Source: Nitrosopumilus sp. (GTDB lineage: Archaea; Thermoproteota; Nitrososphaeria; Nitrososphaerales; Nitrosopumilaceae). From it: a DNA stretch of 64,000 nucleotides. Under the pieces are notes generated by a model, which did not search any database, was not told the origin of the DNA, and worked only from the letters and a program-made list of their open reading frames with translations. The stretch spans positions 1,920,001 through 1,984,000 of the forward strand of contig OZ244651.1 of NCBI GenBank assembly GCA_965218695.1. Reading direction: 5' to 3'. A program made the translations under genes and the position numbers. Shown here in pieces: positions 59,570-64,000 of the stretch (its first letter is position 1; the number at the start of each line of letters is the position of its first letter).

Positions 59570-61125
59570 GTACGCACTCAGGTCCCTTATAAACACAGAC
59601 ATAATTCCAGTAGATGGAAATGTATCTAATTACACATGCCCGACACTGCCTTTACCAGACCCATGATTAACAGCTAACCGTCCACAAATACAGAAGATCA
59701 TTCCAGTCGATGATCCTGTGCACATTCCATTGGCACCTAGGCACCGGTTGCTGCATGTTCGCGCAGCCTTGCAGCCGGTACTTGCATACGAATGCGTCAA
59801 GAAATGCAAGTCATGTGGGGGGTTTGGTCAGACCTAACTCTCTCATGAACCTGAGAAACAGTCTGAGCATCTTCTTGAGCGTCATGTGCACGCCGGGACA
59901 CAAGGTTTGGAGTAGATGGCGAACCAGTGCCCAGGCGTTGTAAATGAATATCGGGAAGAACAGCAGCAGCATCCGCACCGACTCGTTCCTGCTCGTGGTG
60001 CGGGGCCTGAGGGACTCGTAATCCTTGTACGCAGTCTCCACTCCCCAGCGGAGGCGGTACTGTTCTGCGAATCCGTGCGCGCCTGTCAGGCCGTCAGACT
60101 CAAACCCCAGCACCTGCGGCACCGTGGCGTTGGTGGCAAGCGTAAAGTGCCCGTTCTCTCTCTTTTGGATTATCAGCGTAAACTCGGCAGTGCTGCGTCC
60201 TGAATCTATGGAATGCCGCGACGCTGCCTCCCTGCTGCCGTCCTCGAACTCCTTTACGGCTTTTTTGACGCCCTTGGTCTTGATTGCAGGCACCATAAAC
60301 GGAATCCTTCACGCTTGAGCATGTCCATGATGTCCACAGAAAAGAACTCCCTGTCTATCTTTAGTGATTTGATCCTCATTCCCTGCTTTCTGCAGTCTGC
60401 TATCAATCCCGAGACCACCTCGAGACTTGTATCTCCCCTTCTTACCAGCCTTGCGGCCAGAAATGCCCTGGAATCTGCCGCGATGCAGTTTGCAGTAGCC
60501 AGACAGTTAAAGTTGTACGTTCCCTTTTTTGGTTTTGACTTTATGGTGTTGACGATCCTTCGGAACCTGTCGTACCTGCAGACCAGATGCTTGTCGATTG
60601 CGACATCCACCGGCTCCCTGAACATGCCGTGCCGCCTCATCCTGCGCACGGTACGGTCTGTCACCGCCTGGCACCGCTTCAGCATGTGGTCGTACCTGAC
60701 ATGGCGTATCCGGTCAAGCAGCCACGTGCCCGTAGGAATGCCGGTCCCGCCGTCCGGGTCGCTAGAGTGTGCAGTCTCTGCGTATTCGGCGTGCCTGCAC
60801 ATGCCAAACACGCGTTCAAAAAAATCAATCGGGCCATACAGGGCGTTGTACCTGTCTGAGAATTTGATCTGCAACAGGGAAAACAGCACGGGGCCGATGA
60901 TCTTAAATGCAGATTCGGCGGACTGTATTTGGAGCGATTGCTTGTTTTTCATTTGGTCGTGTTAGACTTGCGTCCTCCATTTTTAACACCCAGAGTCTAA
61001 TGATGATGAACGCGTGGTGATCATGAGGAACGCGGCAAAATTAGACGATCCTGAAAAAACACATTTCTATCTACTGAATTCATTGCAAATTCGTGCCTAG
61101 AATTGTATTGGACCTGAGTGCGCAC
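59570..61125 (-). mobile_element. ISH3/IS4-like element
   Basis: IR GTACGCACTCAGGTCC / GGACCTGAGTGCGCAC; 8-bp TSD GGCTACGG. Confidence 0.92.
59811..60952 (-). pseudogene. ISH3-like transposase, frameshifted near 60305
   Basis: VAIDKH, DREFFS, YRLRWGVETAYK; one base missing at GAAGGATTCCGTTTATG. Confidence 0.8.
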
Positions 61126-61201
61126 GGCTACGGTAAGTCGGAGTCATACACGAGTCCATAGAACCAAGAGTGTCGGTTCTAACAACGCAATCACATCAGT
61201 A

Positions 61202-62877
61202 GATCCTATGCAGAATGCGCCTGACGCGGCAAACCATAAAATCACGTCCGAACTGCGCTGGGCATGGCCGTATCTGAAAATCCCACCTGCCACATATTTT
61301 ACAAATTCGTCTTGTTCGTCCATGTGAAAAATCTAGTTTCCAAGAATGAAAAGCAAGACATGTCCGGCGGATGTGCGGCATCTGTCCACCAGAGCGGCAG
61401 ATTGTTTCATGGTGAATTGGAGGGGGAGATTCATGCGAATCCGAATGCTATGCGCGGCATTTTTGCACTGCTGCATCTTTTACTCCGTCCAAGCGGCTCA
61501 TGCCGCCCTGCCTCAGAGGCGCGCCCTTTCTTCTGCCAGCCTCTTGAGAAGGTCCGCGTCCCTGAGTTTTATTTCGTCCCACATCAGATCCTGGTTTACC
61601 ATTCCTGCAATCGCGTTGAGCTCGTCGTTGTACTCCTCTTCGGTGCCGTCGTACGGGTCAGTCAGCCTCTTGTACTGCTTCAGGTTCTCCCTATGACGTG
61701 CTCTATGGCCACCCGGGAACTGTTTACCCTCTTGTTGTAGGCGCGCTGCTTCTTTGTCAGGCCACCTGTCTTCTTGTCGGCACCAGGCTTTTTCTTGTAC
61801 GGGTGCCTGATGTGCCATCCGGGATATTCCTCCCTTGTCCCCTGGTAGCCCTTGTCGGTCAGGACATAGGGCTTTTCCTTTTCGGGCACGTCCTTCTGGC
61901 CCATCCTTGCAGTGATGATTCCAAGGTTTGGCGGATCCTCGTTGAGCAGGGTCTTGTCGTGGACGCTGCCCGGAACGGTCTTGCTTATCGCAACTATCAC
62001 GCGGCGCTTGTTGATCACGATGTTGGTGTTGTACGTGTGCGCCTTCTTCTTGCCAGAGTACGTCTTTTTGCGCCTCTCCTTGTCCGCGGATCTTCTGACC
62101 CGGTTGTGCGTGCCGTCCACCATCAGTTCTCCTCCCCTCCTGCCGGGTATTATCTTCTTGCTCTCCTCAAACGTCCTGGCCTTTTGTGCAGCCTCGCTGA
62201 TTTTGCGCGGCGCCGTGCCTGTCTCGCCTAGCAGCCGGGTCATCAGGGGAAGATACCTGGAGACGGTGGCCTGGTCAACGCCAAGCATCGTGGCCAGGGC
62301 TTCCTGCGGTATGCTCAGCCTTGACCGAAACAGCCACAGCAGGTACGCGTGCCTCAGGGGCAGGATGCGCCTGCTTCCGGAGTTTTTTGATCTGCTCCCA
62401 ACTTCCCAAAAGAGCGCAGTCTCCCCGTTCCGCTCCAAAAGCTCCTTGAGGCGGTTCAGCGTGTGGTCAAACCTTTCCGGGGTGCGCAGCGTCATGGCGT
62501 GCAGGAATTCAGGATATTTTATGATGTCGTCAAGAAACCTAGACGTGATGGTCCAGTGGTCAGTCAGGCGTTCCTTGAGGGCCTCGCCCTTCTGCCTGTC
62601 TGTCCTGCGTGCCTCCCTGAGGGCCCTGATCCTCTGCCTGTGGAGTTCTCCTGATTCCCTGAGCGACTCGTTTTCCTGCCGTATTCTCTGCACGATCGGT
62701 TCTGCCAGCATTGCCATCACGGTGTGGCGTAAAGACCACCGATCTTAATGTTTCGGTTGCCGTTCCTGGATTGGCATGTTTTACGGTTCTGTGAATATTC
62801 GACTGCATGTGGTGCTGCATGTAGGAATAACCCAGTTTAATTCAGTTTTTTAGGTCAGGCACATTCTGCATGAGATC
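61202..62877 (-). mobile_element. IS5-superfamily (ISL2/DDE_Tnp_4-like) element
   Basis: 24-bp IR GATCCTATGCAGAATGCGCCTGAC vs GATCTCATGCAGAATGTGCCTGAC, flanked by TA. Confidence 0.88.
61513..62720 (-). pseudogene. DDE_Tnp_4 transposase, frameshifted near 61685
   Basis: VDGTH, YSGKKK, DKGYQG, RVAIEHVIG then LKQYKRLTDPY in another frame. Confidence 0.82.
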
Positions 62878-63430
62878 TAGTATCCACGTTATATCGCGCA
62901 TACCTGTCAATCCCAGAACAGGCCTATGAGACCATGCCGGTCCGTAGCGTCCAATGTCTGGTCTGACACATGTGCTGATCCTGTATGTCAGGCGTATTAT
63001 CTGATCAAACACGCCACGCAACACCCCGTAATTTAAAAAATAACACGGTTAAAGTGATAAAAATTTTCAAAACTGTTGATAATTTAGTTGATTTAAGATA
63101 CAGATCGTCTTATAATGAAAAATACTTCAGCCGCTCATCGGAGGCAATGCTTGATGGGCCGGATCTTCAGAACGTGTGATGGGAGAACAAACAAATTCCC
63201 AAATAAAAAACAAGGTTGGGTACGGTGCGCTTCTCTCATTCTGCCACTTCGAAATTTATTAAAGGGGATGCAGGCCCTCGCGTTTCTGGCAATCCCATCC
63301 CACGATAGAATATTGCAGGAATTACCATGTATCAAAAAATGTATAGTTTAAAAATGAAAAATTTGTTTGGTGGGCTGTTTGATCTTTGTCGTGGGGGCAG
63401 GTTCCAAACCACGACCGCCCTGCAGTCACT

Positions 63431-64000
63431 CTACAGGTCGAGGGATTCCTTGAGGCCCTTGTACCTGTTTCTAATGGTAACCTCGGTGACGTTTGCCGCC
63501 TCGGCAATGTTGTGCTGTGTCTGGTTCTCGCCGTTCTTCACGCAGGACAGGTATAATGCAGCCGCTGCAAGTCCCATTGGATCCTTGCCTGCAGAGATCT
63601 CATTCTCCTGGGCCTGTCTTAGAACCGTGACTGCGTACCTCTTTGTCTTTTCTGCGATGCCGATTCTGCTTGCAATTCTTGCGACGCATTGGATCGAGTT
63701 GGTGACAGACATCCTCAGATCAAGCTCCTTGACAAGTAGCCTGTAGCATCGGGCAATGTCCTTCTTCTTAATGTTTGCAGCCTGTTCCACATCCTTGAGA
63801 TTTCTAGGGGTCCCCGTATCACGGCACGAGGCATACAATGAGGATGCCATCAGTGTTGATATGGAGCGGCCCCGGACAAGGCCCTTCTCAATAGCCTTTC
63901 TGTAAATGTATGCTGCCTTTTCAATCACGGCATCAGAGATTACAAGTTTGTCCTTGAGTCGATTCAGCTCGCCAAACGCCTGTCTAAAGTTCCGATCAAC
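63431..64000 (-). CDS. tfb: Transcription initiation factor IIB (5' end outside the window)
   Basis: LVRGRS, PRNLKDV, GKDPMGLAAAALY, VTEVTIRNRY. Confidence 0.95.
   Translation of the reverse strand, partial: VDRNFRQAFGELNRLKDKLVISDAVIEKAAYIYRKAIEKGLVRGRSISTLMASSLYASCRDTGTPRNLKDVEQAANIKKKDIARCYRLLVKELDLRMSVTNSIQCVARIASRIGIAEKTKRYAVTVLRQAQENEISAGKDPMGLAAAALYLSCVKNGENQTQHNIAEAANVTEVTIRNRYKGLKESLDL

Noticed and set aside
62880-63430. Short ORFs or an additional element in the AT-rich gap
   Set aside because: No motifs, terminal repeats or TSD could be identified

Overview
Archaeal chromosomal window from an ammonia-oxidising archaeon (Nitrososphaerota, Nitrosopumilaceae-like). The assignment rests on PEFG-CTERM surface proteins, an MtrA-like gene, cobalamin genes, rpoL-tfs-pcna, GINS, thermosome and TFB. 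About 55 core or accessory genes and 3 tRNAs (Val-GAC; Arg-CCT with an intron at position 15/16; Pro-GGG with encoded CCA) are interspersed with 9 full-length IS elements whose ends and target duplications can be read from the sequence. They cover about 12.6 kb, roughly 20% of the window. There is also one 92-bp MITE and a probable IS66 relic. IS insertions disrupt thpR and an AAA+/DUF4143 ATPase, and a class V aminotransferase is frameshifted. This pattern suggests a host-associated lineage undergoing IS expansion (inference). Best leads: (1) an iron-capture locus in which a PEFG-CTERM surface protein looks like a detached, His-retaining, internally duplicated paralogue of the neighbouring FTR1 permease ectodomain; (2) a 38-aa Cys/His-rich metallothionein-like ORF that is too short for the ORF track; (3) a MITE matched to its cognate ISH3-like element; (4) repeated long G-U-containing fold-backs in the intergenic gaps. 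All product calls come from motif recognition by eye; no database searches were run.
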